Translations under genes and position numbers: made by a program
Shown: piece after piece, positions 48,969 to 60,482 of the stretch
Numbering within the stretch: position 1 is the first letter of the stretch
How the letters are laid out: the number at the start of each line of letters is the position of its first letter
Notes under the pieces: generated by a model
Seen by the model: only the letters and a program-made list of their open reading frames with translations
What the model was told of the DNA's origin: nothing
Databases searched by the model: none
Source: Cladosporium halotolerans
Taxonomy: Eukaryota
DNA length: 64,000 nucleotides
Reading direction: 5' to 3'
Assembly (NCBI RefSeq): GCF_011745625.1
Contig: NW_027191458.1
Location: 124,001-188,000, forward strand

Positions 48969-50734
48969 GCTGGGTTGTTTTCGCCTTTTTCTTTTCTTCC
49001 CTTTCTTCTCTTTCCTTGCATTTCTGGATATCCCTGATTTCGTAATTACTGTACCAGTAGGCAGATGGGCGCAAGTGAAGTTGTGACATTCCGAGCGAGT
49101 TGGCTCACAGCACTTTGATTCAAGTGTGGGATCACTTTGCCTGGGAAGAGAGACAAGGTGCGTCCTTTTGCGTGATATGTAGGGCTTTTTGTACGATGAG
49201 TGGAAGGCATTGCTAGATTTGATAGATCTGACTACGTTTAAACTGTACGATTCAACACCTTGATTCTTTGGCAATACGGACTCGAGCTCACCATGTCGTT
49301 CGTAGCGGGAAACTTCGATTGCGCTTGGTGTGTGCCTGTAATGGTGGTAGCGCGGCGTTACCTTATGTTTGTGGCGTCTTGTACCGGTCATAACCGTGAC
49401 GAGGCGCATAACCCTAACCCTCGTAACACCTCGTACAGTATCTGTGATGTCGGTGGGAAAGGCATTGAACCGTGGTATATTGGATGATGGCCGGTTGAAG
49501 ATCAAGGTGTAGACAGACCTCACCCACAAGATTCGACGAATAGTAGGTTTGGTGCTGGAGATAGACAAAACTGGGAGGCTGTTTTCCATTCTTGAATCTA
49601 CAACAAGCATCTTGCTCTTTGTACCCCTCACTCCCGTAAAATGAGTGATGTCTTACCTCGTCTGGTCTTTCGTGTGTCATCGTCCCTCCACTCTTTCTGG
49701 AAGCCGGATGTCTCGAAAACCCAACGACGTCCACACGCATATGAACGTCTCAACATCCCACCTCCAGGCCGCGACGAAGATGAACTTCGATGCAATGCTG
49801 CGGATACGCACCTCCAGACAACAATGTCTCTCAACCGCAGGCCGCGAATACATCTTCGTGTACCTACCGTCACACAACTTCCAGAACCTCGAGGCAGGAC
49901 ATCGGGAGCATCGGCCGCCACCCACCGCTGGATTTGAAAGCCGTGCAATCGGGCGCACAAAGGACTCGGCTGTTGCACGACAGTCCCCTCCTCCAAGGAT
50001 TCGATTCCGGACGCTCCTACACCGCCTCACGCAACGCGACGCGAGGGACTTTCCTGCACGACTGGAAGCTGTCTGCCGTCCCACGGACTTTGCCTGTATC
50101 TTTGAGAGGCTCGTGCCGGTGAGAGGCAATCGCTGGATTGAGACGGCTACTGGTGAGCAGGGAGACGAGCTTTTGGGCTTCTGAAGATCAATGGACCAGC
50201 GCGTACGTCGTGTATCGGACATGGATGCTCTGTGCATGCACTGCGTCTGCACTCGTGGTTGGCTTCTGTCAGCATGCGCGCGATATGCCGTGCCTGTCCT
50301 TGGCTGCTTGGGGAAACCGGCTGGACTTGACTTGAAGCGGCATCATCATCGATTTGCAATTGCGAATGGATGGCTTTGCTAGATCGGTGGTTGCATCGCA
50401 ATGCTCGTCTTATATCGTCCTGACTCCTCGCGTGACGATTGTCTCCGGATGTGGCCGATTTGAGCGAAGGATGATCCTAGGGCAGGCGGTTGGCTTGTGG
50501 GGTCCATCTGGGGCAGCGCTGGAGACTCGAGCAGAACAGTGCGGCGAAAGACAGCAGAGCCAATCGGGCGGATTGGTGCGACCGTCCTCTTCGTCCTGCG
50601 CGAGAGGCGTGGTGCTGCCCTGTGCGGCAACAATAAATCCTTGCTCCCCCAGTCGCTTACCGGGCGCACGACGCAGAGGAGGCGTTGCGGGCAGAGTTGA
50701 CAGGCGGGCGCAGATGATTGCACGACACACCCAC

Positions 50735-51104
50735 GATAACAGGCGGCGCGGCGCCCTTATCTGCAACACCCCGTGCAAATGAGCGTGCCCCACCGCCGTC
50801 CGTATCGCGTGTGCCCGCCAGCGATGCTGAGCTTATCGCTGGGCTAACGACGACGGTGTCGTGCCTCGGTGTGAGTAGGGAGTGCTTGTCCTGGGCAAGC
50901 CTCGACCTGGCCGTGACGGCGCGGTGTCGTACGCGCACGTGATAGACGCGCCGTCCGCCGCCAGGCCGAATGCGATGCACCCCAAGGATGCCGCCGTACG
51001 CCACCGCCGCGACTTGCCAACCGCGCAGTCTTAGCGAGGACTGCCATGCCTCTCGCCCCTCGCCGCCGACCCTGCAGCCACGCCGCCTGTCTCTCCGGCT
51101 ATCA
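50735..51104. promoter_or_regulatory. Cluster of GATAR sites (candidate AreA/Nit2 nitrogen regulation) upstream of the amino-acid permease
   Basis: GATAA 50735-39 (+), AGATAAG 50756-62 (-), GATAA 50833-37 (-), TGATAG 50940-45 (+), TGATAG 51099-104 (-). All lie about 200-580 bp upstream of the ATG. Confidence 0.55.
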
Positions 51105-51309
51105 CAGGCACTGGCCTGCCTGAACTCTAATCTATCCGAGCATGCTGCACCCGTTGTAACAGCAGGCAGGCGACCATAAAGCACTTCACTGTCCTACGCT
51201 CTTGTGACTCGGCACTCACTGACTCCAGGCGACGCCGGGACTGCGGCTCGCCGCGTCCAACATTACATACCTTGGAGCTTTGTCGCCCACCTCCAGCCGA
51301 TCCACCACC

Positions 51310-53133
51310 ATGGAAGGCTCGGAGAAAACGATGCGGTCCGAGTACTCGCCCAATGGCTCCGGCGACCTGCCCGCGTACGGGCACAACCACGAACGCACTC
51401 GACCATGGCAGACACGCTTCGTCGACAGCTTCAAGAAGGACCCGAATGCGCACGCAACACCCGTCGGCTCCGTGGGCGGCGACGGCCGAGTCTACGATGT
51501 CGAAAGCGCTGCTCAGAACACGGCTTCGTCGCCTCTCACCCGCTCGCTCAAAGGCCGCCACCTGCAGATGATTGCTATCGGCGGGTCGATAGGAACTGGT
51601 CTCTTCGTCGGCTCTGGTAGCGCCCTTGCCCATGGCGGTCCGGCTTCGCTCACGATCGCGTTCTGTCTCATTGGAATCATGCTCTACTGCACGGTGCATG
51701 CGCTCGGCGAGATGGCGGTTTTGTTTCCAGTGGCGGGCTCTTTCTCTGCATACTCGACGAGGTTCTTGGATCCGGCTTGGGGCTTTGCTATGGGTTGGAA
51801 GTGAGTGGATCGCTATCGATTGGGCCTTGCGACTCCCCATACTGACACGTGAACTAGTTATGCTATGCAGTGGCTTGTGGTGTTGCCGCTTGAGATCGTA
51901 GCAGCAACCCTCACCATCGAGTACTGGAGTGAAGGCAGCATCAACAACGACGCCTGGGTCGCCATCTTCTTGGTCATGATCGTCGTCATCAACCTCTTCG
52001 GCGTGAAAGGCTACGGCGAGGCGGAGTTTGTCTTTGCGATCATCAAGGTCATCGCCGTCATCGGATACATCATCCTCGGCATCATCCTCAACTGCGGAGG
52101 AGGTCCAGACGGCAGCTACATCGGAGGCAGATACTGGCAGAACCCGGGCGCCTTCAACAACGGCTTCAAAGGCCTCTGCTCCGTCTTCGTCACCGCCGCC
52201 TTCGCCTTCGCCGGAACCGAGCTCGTCGGTCTCGCAGCCGCCGAAACCGCCAACCCCCGCAAATCCCTCCCCACAGCCATCAAGCAGGTCTTTTGGCGCA
52301 TCACCCTATTCTACATCGTCTCCCTCACCCTCGTCGGCCTCCTTGTTCCCTACGACGACCCCCGCCTCCTAGGCGGCTCCAGCTCCGCCGACGCCACCGC
52401 CTCTCCCTTCGTAATCTCCATCGTCAACGCCGGCATCACCGGCCTCCCCTCCGTCATGAACGTCGTAATAATGATCGCCGTCCTCTCCGTCGGCAACAGC
52501 TCCATCTACGGCAGCTCGCGCACCCTCGCCGCGCTCGCCGAGCAGAACCAAGCGCCCCGCATCCTCGGCTACATCGACCGCAAAGGGCGGCCGATCATCG
52601 CCATCGCCGTCGCCTCCATCCTCGGCCTGCTAGCCTTCTTCGCCGGCTCCGAGCACCAAAAAGCCGCCTTCGACTGGATGCTCGCGCTCTCCGGCCTCTC
52701 CTCCATCTTCACGTGGGGCTCGATCTGCCTCGCGCACATCCGCTTCCGGCACGCCTGGGCCAAGCAAGGCCACACGCTCAGCGAGCTCGCCTTCCGCTCG
52801 CAGCCCGGCGTGCTCGGCTCGTGGGTCGGCTTCGTCTTCAACGTGCTCGTGCTGGTCGCGCAGTTCTGGACCGGCGCGTGGCCGATCGGCTACGCGGACA
52901 TGACCGCGCGCGAGCTGATCGAGGGCTTCTTCATGGCCTACCTGGCGGCTCCCATCGTCGTGATCTGCTACGTGGCGTACAAGTTCTGGTACCGCACGCC
53001 TGTGATGCGGAGCCACAATATGGATTTGCACACGGGGATTCGGGATTTGGATCTCGCGGAGCTGATTGCGGAGGAGAAGGCGGAGCAGGAGGCGTGGCCA
53101 AGGTGGAAGAAGGGGTACAAGATGTTTTGTTGA
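51310..53133 (+). CDS. Amino-acid permease, APC/YAT family, Gap1/Inda1-like (exons 51310..51800, 51858..53133)
   Basis: LKGRHLQMIAIGGSIGTGLFVGSG, GFAMGWN|YAMQW, YGEAEF and AFAFAGTELVGLAAAE. Intron 51801..51857. Confidence 0.95.
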
Positions 53134-53563
53134 TGGGGTGCGTTTTCTGTCTCTTGGGGGGTTCTGTGCGGGCAAATGGAGTTTTGGAATTTGGGAATCA
53201 CTTTCAATATTCTTTGGGAGTACCCGTGGGTTTGGCACAGCGATAGCGTGTATTAGCTACTCAGCATCATGTTATTGTTCAATTGACATATTTCCAACAG
53301 TCAGTTCTTCCACGTCGAGTGGGAAGTGCTTGAGACACTACATATCGCGCACGACACCCGAGAAAGAGCGAAGTCAGGCGAGCGAAGAACTCCAAGAGAC
53401 TTATGCTATACTTCAACATTACAAACTGTGGCAAATGCCGAGTATGTATGGCTCACCACTCCAAATCGTAAGACATGCTAGGCTGAAATCTCGCCAAAAA
53501 GAACGCCAGCAGTGTATGCCAAATCATGACCTTCATTCTAAACAGGTACGAAAACCCCCCCAT

Positions 53564-56500
53564 CTACTCCTCCTCCTGCACCTCCGCATCCCACCTCGCC
53601 TCCTCGCTCGCAAAGAAATCCTCCCTCCGAATCCCACTCCTCTCGCACATGCCCCTGAAAATGCCCCCGCGGTCGTACAAATCGATCGGCCGGTCCAGCT
53701 CCGCCACGCGGCCCGCATCCATGACGAGAATCCGATCGTAGCCGATGATGGTCTTCAGCCTGTGCGCGATGCACAGCAGGGTCTTGCCCTTGAAGCCGCG
53801 CACGATGGTGCGCTGGATCTTCTGGTCGGTCTCGAAGTCGACGGAGGAAGTGGCCTCGTCGCAGACGATGATCTGCGCGTTGCGGACGAGCGCGCGCGCG
53901 AGCGCGAGCAGCTGCCGCTGGCCGAGGGAGAAGTTGAGCCCTTCGTCTTCGACGGCGGTGTCGAGGTGGATGCGGCCGGCGTCGTCGCCGAGCTGCTGGT
54001 CTTCGCCGACGAGGTCGGCCTGGCGCAGGGCGTGCCAGAGGGCGAGGTCGGCGTGCTCGTTGAAGGGGTCGAGGTTGGAGCGGATGGTGCCGCGGAAGAG
54101 GGTGGGGTCTTGGGGGATGATGGCGAGGCGGGAGCGGAGGTCGTGCAGGCCGATTTTGGCGATGTCGACGCCGTCGATGGTGATGCTGCCGCCGGAGAGC
54201 TCGACGAGGCGGAAGAGGGTGGACATGATGGAGGACTTGCCCGCGCCGGTGCGGCCGACGACGCCGATTTTTTCTCCCGCGCTGACGTGCATGGTGAGGC
54301 CCTGGAGGACGAGGGGAAGGCCGGCGCGGTAGCGCATTTGGACGTCATTGAAGACGATTTCACCGTGGGCGGGCCATGAGGGCTGGACGTCGCCGAGGTG
54401 GAGCGGGGCTTCTTCTTCGAGTTGCGTGCCGTAGTAGTGGATGCGCTCGGTGCTGTTCATATTGTTTTCGACCTCGGCGAGCTGGCGGACGGTGAACTGG
54501 ATCATCTGGACGATGGAGAGGATGTAGGAGAGGACGAGGCCGCCGGTGGATGGGTCGATGCTGAAGCGGGAGGTGACGACGAGGATGCCGACCGTGAAGA
54601 CGAGCAAGGTGCCAATGACGTCCAAGCGAGTAGCGAGCCAGCGTTGGTTGGCGTAGGTCAGGAAGTAGGCGCCGTCCATGCTGTCGACTGCGTCGTTGAC
54701 AGAGTTGGCGAACTGCTTCTGCAGGCCGTATGCTCTGATGGTCGGCGTGCCGTTAACAGCTTCGCTGAATTTGGAGAAGACGACACTGCGTAGTACGGCT
54801 TCGTGGCGTTTGATCTCGCGAGCCGATGCGCGGTAGTAGTTGGCCGAGAAGATGAACATGACCGTCAGAGGGGCCAAGGCGATCGCGAAGTAGTAGTAGT
54901 AAGCGATAATCAGAATGAAGACCGACACAATCATCGCCATGGTAAGCGTGAACATGCGAATGGCATCTGTGAGCACGTTATCCATGGTGTCGACATCCTT
55001 TCCGAAGCGATTGATGATTCGTCCAAGCGGGGTGGTATCGAAGAAAGACATCGGAGCGCGGAGGACGCGGGTGTAAGCCCGGTGAAGCATGGTCTTGCTC
55101 GACTTGGTGCCATAGACGGTCAAGAAGACGGAGAAAGCGAATTGAAGCAAAGCCTGAGCCACACCCAACGCCGCGTAGACACCAATGTAGGCACCCTCAG
55201 CATATCCGAACTTGTCCGATGTCCACCACGACAGCCACAGACTGGTGGTGATGTTGGCTCCTTGTGAGATGATGAGCAAGAATATGACGAACGGTGCGAC
55301 GAGGACAGAGCCACTGGCGCGCAGGTAGGCCATCCAGACTTCGAAACCTACGCCATTGACAGCCTTCTCTTCCGCTTGCATGAGACCACCCCCGGGCTTC
55401 TTGCCACCCTTCTTCTTCCTCACTTGCTTCTTCTCACCCTCGATCTCATCCTCATTCGGCTCTTCTTGCTGCTCCTTCTTTTCCTCAGAAGCTGTGGTCT
55501 CCATAATCTTTTGGAACTCAGGGTCCCCCTGCATGAGCTCGTTGAACGTGGCGACCTTGTGGATGCCGCCATCCTTCATCCAAATGATGCGATCGACCCT
55601 AGGCAGAACGTGCAGCTGGTGCGTGGCCAGCACGCGAGCCTTGTTTGCGAGTAAGCCGCAGATGGCGTTGTCCATGATGTGCTTGCCCACGTGCGCGTCG
55701 ACGGCAGACAAGGGGTCATCCATCAGCACGATGTCCGCATTAAAGTAGATTGCACGCGCAATGTTGAGACGCTGCTTTTGCCCACCAGAGACTGTGATAC
55801 CTCTCTCGCCGATTTCTGTCAGATCACCGTTGGGCAACATATCGAGATCAGGTCGCAGGGCACAAGCATCGACGACCTCGTTATACCACCTCCGCTCGTA
55901 ATCCTTGCCGAAGGTGATGTTGTCCTTGACGGTGGCGTTCTGAATCCAGGCGTACTGCGGGCAGAAAGCTCGGTTTCCAGCGAAAGTGACATCGCCAGTC
56001 GTTCTGCGCATGTCACCAGCCAACGCGCCGAGGAGGGAACTCTTTCCGGAACCGACACCACCGATGATGGCTACAAGTTCGTTCCGGCCGATATTGAGAT
56101 CGATGTTCTGAATCGCGAAAGGCTTCTCCTGCTCCTCAGCTAACGTGCTGCTGCTCACGCTCGACGGCATACCTTCCGGATGCTCCTTCTCCATCTGCTT
56201 CGACTTCCGCTTATCAGCTTTCTCCTTCGCCTTAGTGTCTTTCTTCTCCTGCTTGAGCACCTTCTGGCTTTTGGGACCCTGGCCTGGGATTTGTTCCGAA
56301 TCCTGAGTCGGCGTGCGCTCCCATGTGAAGTCGGCGGAGCGGACAGAGATTGCATGCTCAGCCTGGTGGTCCCATACAGAAGGGTCTTCCTGTTCTTCGG
56401 CGTTCAGGAAGTCTTCGATTCGCTTCAAAGATGCATTGGCATCAACGACCTGGCCGATGACCATTGGAAGCAGGTTGAGCGGGATACGGAGGGCGTTGAA

Positions 56501-58051
56501 CAGCGCCAATGAAGAGAAGACAGGAGCGGGATCCAGAGAGCCAGCGCCGTGGGTGAGCGAGTAGGTGATGAAGGCAAGCATAGATGCGAAAATGGGAATC
56601 GACATCGACACTGCCATGATGCCGTTTCGGATGGACAGAAGGAAAGCGATTTTGTTGATCTCCTTCGTTCGGATCTTGCTCAGACGATCGAGGAAACTGG
56701 TTTCCCATCCAAAATATTTGACGAATCGGACAGATGATAAGATTTCCTGTGTCAAGCTGACACGCTGGTCCGTAATCTTGTTGATGAACTTGCGGCGAGA
56801 CATCAAACTCTTAATGGAGCGGCCGAGCAGGGGCATCAAAATCACAATGAGTCCGAAACCAGAAAGCGCGCTGTAAGTCAAGTTGATCAGAAGCAAGGCC
56901 AGAGTGAGGAAGACTTGCACGATCGAGGTCCAGGTAACGTGGAACATGCCGGATGCTTGGTCCACGCGGTACGTATCTGTCGACATCAAGTTGACAATCC
57001 TGCCGTTGCTCCACCCTTGACCATCACCAGCAACTCCCTTGGCCTTCTCTTTGCCGAGCTTCTTTTCAAAGAATGCCTTCTCCTCTTTGCTGCCCGCTTG
57101 CAGATTTTCCGGCCGCTTCTCTTCGCCTTCGCCACCGGCCTTCGCTCGTCCTGAGATTACCATCGCTTTGTCGAAAATAACCGAGATTAGCACAGCACGA
57201 GCTTGCCCACCAACCATCATTCCTCGATAGATGAAATGATTGGTACACATCGACTGAATGATCTGCATGCCGGTGATACCGAAAACCAATCCGAGACCTC
57301 GACCAATTGAGGGTGCAGGAATGGCACCTTGGGAGGCGGCATACGCTTCTCCAGCGAATCGAATGAGATACTTCATCACAAATGGTGACATTACTTGCAG
57401 GATAGCAGATGTGAGCTGACAGCTGCCTCCGATCAAGAATTCTTTCCTGAACGTATCGTAGAGAGCCATAGCCAGAGGGTTCTTGCTGACCTTCTCCTTC
57501 CGTGTCTTGTAGGCAGCATTCAGCTTCTCCGAGAGCACGTATACACTCCGGTCCGGGTTGACTTGCCAAATATCGTTGAGCTCCAGAGGGCGCTGATAGC
57601 CAGACACCATGAGTGGGTTGATCCATTGGAAATACATTATACTAAAGAAGCCGGCCTTCCATTCTCTCGAGGGAATGCGCTCTTTCGGCACCGGAGGCGG
57701 ATACCTTGACTTGAGCGGATTCAGCCTCTCGCTCCAAGTCTGCTTCCGTGGCGTCGGTTCGTCATCCTGGGGCGCGTCGCTGGCGTAGCTGGTGCCCGTT
57801 CCTTGTGTCCAGTTGCTCTGCGTGCGCTCCACCTGCAACCGCTTCTTCTCTTTATCCAAGTCATCTCCGCTCGAGGATGCCTCTGCTTCTTCCACGGCTT
57901 CCTTGTCGAGGACCGTCTCTTCGTTCAATTCCTTCTCCGTCCCGACTTTTATGGGCTCCTCGGCCACCGGTTCCGCTTCGTGCACTTCCTGGGTCGCAGC
58001 GAGGTTGTCATTGTTTTCCGCAAGGGTTCGCTCCTCGTGAGGTCGCGACAT
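53564..58051 (-). CDS. YOR1: ABCC (MRP) multidrug transporter, Yor1-like; 1495 aa, intronless
   Basis: TMD-NBD-TMD-NBD with no TMD0. NBD1: GGVGSGKS, VSGGQKQR, LMDDPLSAVD. NBD2: GRTGAGKS, FSLGQRQL, CDEATSSVD. The gene symbol is by resemblance only. Confidence 0.9.
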   Translation of the reverse strand: MSRPHEERTLAENNDNLAATQEVHEAEPVAEEPIKVGTEKELNEETVLDKEAVEEAEASSSGDDLDKEKKRLQVERTQSNWTQGTGTSYASDAPQDDEPTPRKQTWSERLNPLKSRYPPPVPKERIPSREWKAGFFSIMYFQWINPLMVSGYQRPLELNDIWQVNPDRSVYVLSEKLNAAYKTRKEKVSKNPLAMALYDTFRKEFLIGGSCQLTSAILQVMSPFVMKYLIRFAGEAYAASQGAIPAPSIGRGLGLVFGITGMQIIQSMCTNHFIYRGMMVGGQARAVLISVIFDKAMVISGRAKAGGEGEEKRPENLQAGSKEEKAFFEKKLGKEKAKGVAGDGQGWSNGRIVNLMSTDTYRVDQASGMFHVTWTSIVQVFLTLALLLINLTYSALSGFGLIVILMPLLGRSIKSLMSRRKFINKITDQRVSLTQEILSSVRFVKYFGWETSFLDRLSKIRTKEINKIAFLLSIRNGIMAVSMSIPIFASMLAFITYSLTHGAGSLDPAPVFSSLALFNALRIPLNLLPMVIGQVVDANASLKRIEDFLNAEEQEDPSVWDHQAEHAISVRSADFTWERTPTQDSEQIPGQGPKSQKVLKQEKKDTKAKEKADKRKSKQMEKEHPEGMPSSVSSSTLAEEQEKPFAIQNIDLNIGRNELVAIIGGVGSGKSSLLGALAGDMRRTTGDVTFAGNRAFCPQYAWIQNATVKDNITFGKDYERRWYNEVVDACALRPDLDMLPNGDLTEIGERGITVSGGQKQRLNIARAIYFNADIVLMDDPLSAVDAHVGKHIMDNAICGLLANKARVLATHQLHVLPRVDRIIWMKDGGIHKVATFNELMQGDPEFQKIMETTASEEKKEQQEEPNEDEIEGEKKQVRKKKGGKKPGGGLMQAEEKAVNGVGFEVWMAYLRASGSVLVAPFVIFLLIISQGANITTSLWLSWWTSDKFGYAEGAYIGVYAALGVAQALLQFAFSVFLTVYGTKSSKTMLHRAYTRVLRAPMSFFDTTPLGRIINRFGKDVDTMDNVLTDAIRMFTLTMAMIVSVFILIIAYYYYFAIALAPLTVMFIFSANYYRASAREIKRHEAVLRSVVFSKFSEAVNGTPTIRAYGLQKQFANSVNDAVDSMDGAYFLTYANQRWLATRLDVIGTLLVFTVGILVVTSRFSIDPSTGGLVLSYILSIVQMIQFTVRQLAEVENNMNSTERIHYYGTQLEEEAPLHLGDVQPSWPAHGEIVFNDVQMRYRAGLPLVLQGLTMHVSAGEKIGVVGRTGAGKSSIMSTLFRLVELSGGSITIDGVDIAKIGLHDLRSRLAIIPQDPTLFRGTIRSNLDPFNEHADLALWHALRQADLVGEDQQLGDDAGRIHLDTAVEDEGLNFSLGQRQLLALARALVRNAQIIVCDEATSSVDFETDQKIQRTIVRGFKGKTLLCIAHRLKTIIGYDRILVMDAGRVAELDRPIDLYDRGGIFRGMCERSGIRREDFFASEEARWDAEVQEEE

Positions 58052-60047
58052 AGTTGCGGCGCAGGCGGCTCAGAAGCCGGTGCCAGGGATCACCGTGGTC
58101 GCGGCTGTCGATTATCCAAAGAGCGCGCACGCCTCGGTCAGCAAAGCGAACATGCCGTGGCGACGGTATTGGCAGTATTAAGAGATCGTGAAACGAAAGA
58201 GATGGAGTGTCTCAGAAAGAGCATGACCGAGACAAAACACGGGCGAGCGAGGGCGGGCAATCGCCTAACGGCTCGGACGGTTCGCAGTCCATGATGCTTC
58301 CTCACGCCCACTTCTGCCGAGCGCTCGGAGTTTAGGACTTCTGCTGCCACCGATACTGCGTAAGCGGCCGAGAGGCTATTGGCCCAAACATGGGGTTTGG
58401 CGCGCGCAAAAGGCCAAGCTTTGCAATTAAGCTCTTCGGAACGGTGAGATGCGAGCGGCACGGACTTGATGGGCGGGAGAGACGTGGTAAACTCGGTGTC
58501 CTTCAAGGATCGCCACCATGGACAGGGTGTTGATTACGGTGCTCGGTCGCATTCGCATGCTGAGATAACACATCTGGAGTCGGTGCCATCTATACCAGAA
58601 ACATGCGGGGCCGTAGTTTGTTCTGCGATCACTAATCGATTTCAACCTCGTGGACGGTAAAGTCGGCACATCTGAGCGCCGGAGCTCCGTTCGCCGAAAG
58701 AGGCAGGAGCCCAGACCGTCTGTTGCTCCAACGCTTCTCCAGAGTATCACATACTTTGCAAAAGATACCAAGAAAACATGCATGAGCGCAATACCTGTTG
58801 GGTGATGCAAATATTGAGAGGTTTGATAACGGCGTGGAGAGTCCGTCGATATCCACGTCTTTTAGCGAGACTGCACACACCAAGATACTAACCGTCTGCG
58901 ATTTCAAACGATGCTGCGTAATACATTCCTTGTGGGCATGACGGGTATCGCTCTCCCTATGCACGAAGCAGACCCAAGCTCACGCATAAAATGAGAGTAA
59001 TCTATGTACAACACATCACCAACGGCTCGCGTGGACTCCAACTGCTTTGCAAACGTCAGCCTAACGACACTTTCGAAGGCTAGCGCTGTTGGTGATCGCC
59101 CTCGCAGACAGGGCTGAGAGGTGGCTTCGCTGCCTGCCAAGAAAGAATCTCAAGGGCTGCTCTACGCCAATGAGTTTCACTTTGACTTCACCAAGACTGT
59201 CGAGGTGCTTCCGAATTTGCGCTCACGTTCTGTTCAGTCTCCACTACCGTCTGGAGACCAACTGGTGACGCGGAAAGTGGCTGCGGCAGGATCTGGATCT
59301 AAAAGTCGCTAACCGCTCCACATAGCGGGTCTGTAAGGCACATCCGTGGTGTAGCCGTGCCAGAGCAATGTGATCCATCACTTCCAGTCTGCCCTACCTC
59401 AGGCTCTTGAGATGAGTTGCCTAGAGCATCGGTTGCTTGTTGGCCGTCATGGTCAGACTGGCCAGGTCATGCCTCACTCCATCCTCAGAGGGCTTAGGCA
59501 TTGACAAAGTCGTCCAATATTGTACGCCGCAAATGACTCGTAAGGGGCGGCCTTCAAGACGGTCAGGTGCTTGTTTTACGCTCGAAGGATTCCCAGCGTG
59601 GCCGAGTCGTGTTGCGATGACACACAGGCGGAAGTGGCGTATGCCTCCGAGTGGTCGAGCAATGTGACTTCGGGCTATCGATGTTGGCCTTGATTGCCAT
59701 CGACTTCATTTTGGCCCCAAGAACCTACTCTCACCCACCTTGGGGGGCGTACTGACTTATACAAGAGCTCGGTGCTTGCTCTCTGAAGCGGCTTGGAAAT
59801 GCTTCACAGCTTGTTGCCCACAAATCTGCCAGGGAGCGACCACATGACCAGGTGCTGAGGCCTGTGACGGTTGCTGCAGCTAAAACAACCATCAACTGGT
59901 TCGCAAAGATTTCGCGAAGAGAACACGAGAGTACGTCGAAGAATCCGACCCATTAGACTGGCTGCCAGGAGGTCACAAGCGCTGTCATAATCGGCGACTA
60001 CCAGATGCACACTGATCACACAACGACCCTGACGCCACATCCGTGAC

Positions 60048-60482
60048 ATGTCGCAACGAAACTCGACTATGACGTCTCAGCCCAATCAAACGGCATCGGC
60101 GAGATCCCCCGACGAAGATTGGGCTTCTATCACAGACCCGAACGAAAGGCGAAAGATTCAGAATCGAATCGCCCAGCGCAAGTTTCGTAAGGCACCTCGT
60201 AAGCTCTGTCCGGCAGCATGTGATAGCACACTGACAGGCCTAGGCGAGAAGGCCCGAGAGCAACGAGAAGCAGCGGAGCGATCTGCCGAGAATCAGCGTC
60301 AAGCTGCTGGATCATACGCTGCGGCGGAGCCGAACGACCTCGACGCAGGCGGTGAGGAGGGACTGCCTTGGGGAAGCATTTCGCTTCGGCATATCGTCTC
60401 AACCAGTCGCTCGAAAGAGCAGAGCTCAGCAGGCACTTCCGCCTATACCGCAACGTCTCGGGCGGGCGGAAGTCCCAAATGA
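60048..60482 (+). CDS. Small bZIP (Yap-like basic region) protein; in-frame intron 60187..60243
   Basis: EDWASITDPNERRKIQNRIAQRKFR basic region. Intron GTAAGG...ACTGAC...TAG (57 nt). The start could alternatively be the second ATG at 60069. Confidence 0.85.
   Translation: MSQRNSTMTSQPNQTASARSPDEDWASITDPNERRKIQNRIAQRKFRKAPRKLCPAACDSTLTGLGEKAREQREAAERSAENQRQAAGSYAAAEPNDLDAGGEEGLPWGSISLRHIVSTSRSKEQSSAGTSAYTATSRAGGSPK

Noticed and set aside
49409..49421. TAACCCTAACCCT telomere-like repeat
   Set aside because: Only two units; compatible with chance.
49645..50252. Overlapping 179-aa (+) and 191-aa (-) ORFs in the kinase-permease gap
   Set aside because: No recognisable domain or codon bias. I cannot exclude a degenerate gene without a homology search.
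2578..57800. Numerous long antisense and alternate-frame ORFs over real genes (e.g. 7890..8780, 14383..15309, 28206..29186, 53066..54379)
   Set aside because: Shadow ORFs expected from GC-rich, strongly biased codon use.
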